A stretch of DNA of 18,166 nt from Planctomycetota bacterium (GTDB lineage: Bacteria > Planctomycetota > UBA8108 > UBA1146), in NCBI GenBank assembly GCA_036338595.1, contig JAYZBV010000078.1, forward strand, positions 1 to 18,166. The letters are read 5' to 3'. Positions 17,111 through 18,166 of the stretch are shown one piece after another. The position numbers were made by a program, and so were the translations under genes. A model generated the notes under the pieces. That model was not told the origin of the DNA and searched no databases. It worked only from the letters and a program-made list of their open reading frames with translations. Numbering within the stretch: the stretch's first letter is position 1; every line of letters starts with the position of its first letter.

Positions 17111-18166
17111 TCAGGGACAGGTCGGAGAGACGCAGTCGAGAGAGAGGGGTTGTGGCCCGCAGTCTGGAAACGGTGAACCCGGTGGTGGCCCGTTTGCAAA
17201 CATGAAGCCGAGCAGGTAGACCACATCAGAGAGGTCAACGCTGAGATCCGAGTTGCAGTTTGCTGACTCTCTGCACCCGATGGCACCATTTCCGAACAGG
17301 TAGTTGAGCGTTTCGATGGCATCGGAGAGATCGATGGACTGGTCGGCATTGGAATCGCCACGGATGAACTGATCGACTGCGATGGGTGTCGGCTTGGGAT
17401 GTTCGAGAATATACTGAAAAATCAGGTCGGCCATCTGGCCACTGGGAACCGGTAGATGCCCACCCAGGAGGATGGACCATAACTCAGCAGACCCCCCGTC
17501 ATCACAACCGGCCTCCCAGCGCTGCACGGTGGTTTCACTGAATGGAATGCCTCCGTCAATATTGATGTTGCTTCCTGAGACGGGATTGGGGAGGCAACCG
17601 TTGTGCGCAGCCCATTGAGTGCAAGTCTGTGTTGCCGATGGATAGGTGTCGTTGATGAACCCGCCGTAGTAATTGACGATGGGGTCGAGCGTGCCGTGTA
17701 TCTGAAGGACATGACACGGAGATGTCGCGTTGCAATCTGCGGGATCATTGTGTGTCGCTCCGGCGAAACTGACGATGGAAGCAAACCGTTCGGAGTCCTC
17801 ACAGATGAGGCGGTAGGCCATGAAGCCGCCGTTGGAGTGGCCGGCAATATGGACTCTCAGCGGGTCGACGTTGTACTGACTGGCCACCAGGTCGAGTAGC
17901 CCCAGCAAGTAGCCCACATCGTCGATCCCGGAGTTGTCCATGTCGCAACAGGCACTGGTGGCGTTCCAGAAGCGAAACCCCAGAGAATCTATCGAACCAT
18001 CCGGATATGTGTAGATGAAACCATGCTCCTCTGTCAGGGGGGCAAGGTTGAAGTACGCCTCCATCCCTGCACCGTCGAGGATGTAACTGTGAAGCACCAG
18101 AAGTAATCCAGCTGGAACCGCAGGGTCGTAGGATGATGGAATATGTACCGGGACATCCCCACGCCC
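17111..18166 (-). CDS. PHB-depolymerase/LpqC-family alpha/beta-hydrolase esterase with C-terminal dockerin-like domain (5' end outside the window)
   Basis: Frame is open to the window edge (GRGDVPVHIPSSYDP..LLLVLHSY). Contains WNATSACC, DDVGYL, GHSNGG (Ser), HGTLD (Asp), GGH (His). C-terminal FIRGDSNADQSIDLSD..NCNSDLSVDLSD. Confidence 0.88.
   Translation of the reverse strand, partial: GRGDVPVHIPSSYDPAVPAGLLLVLHSYILDGAGMEAYFNLAPLTEEHGFIYTYPDGSIDSLGFRFWNATSACCDMDNSGIDDVGYLLGLLDLVASQYNVDPLRVHIAGHSNGGFMAYRLICEDSERFASIVSFAGATHNDPADCNATSPCHVLQIHGTLDPIVNYYGGFINDTYPSATQTCTQWAAHNGCLPNPVSGSNINIDGGIPFSETTVQRWEAGCDDGGSAELWSILLGGHLPVPSGQMADLIFQYILEHPKPTPIAVDQFIRGDSNADQSIDLSDAIETLNYLFGNGAIGCRESANCNSDLSVDLSDVVYLLGFMFANGPPPGSPFPDCGPQPLSLDCVSPTCP

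Overview
GC-rich bacterial chromosomal core region. It is probably from a Planctomycetota/PVC organism, inferred from a Cys-rich dockerin-like tail, a divergent FabZ and the gene order. Contents: 5' part of dnaA (-), tRNA-Ser(GCT), a FabZ-like dehydratase (-), a STAS/pseudo-receiver/anti-sigma-kinase triple fusion, tRNA-Gly(GCC), tig-clpP-clpX, an FHA-GAF-adenylate cyclase (-), then rpmE2-prfA-prmC-murA-ffh-rpsP-trmD-rplS-yraN, and a convergent dockerin-tagged PHB-depolymerase-family esterase cut by the window end. No mobile element, CRISPR array or rRNA was seen. The most notable observations are the one-polypeptide partner-switching protein, a 269-aa L31 with a ~190-aa extension, candidate structured leaders before rpmE2 and rpsP, and a ClpP with His-Trp where the oligomerization-sensor Asp-Arg normally sits. 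All calls come from manual reading; no searches were run.
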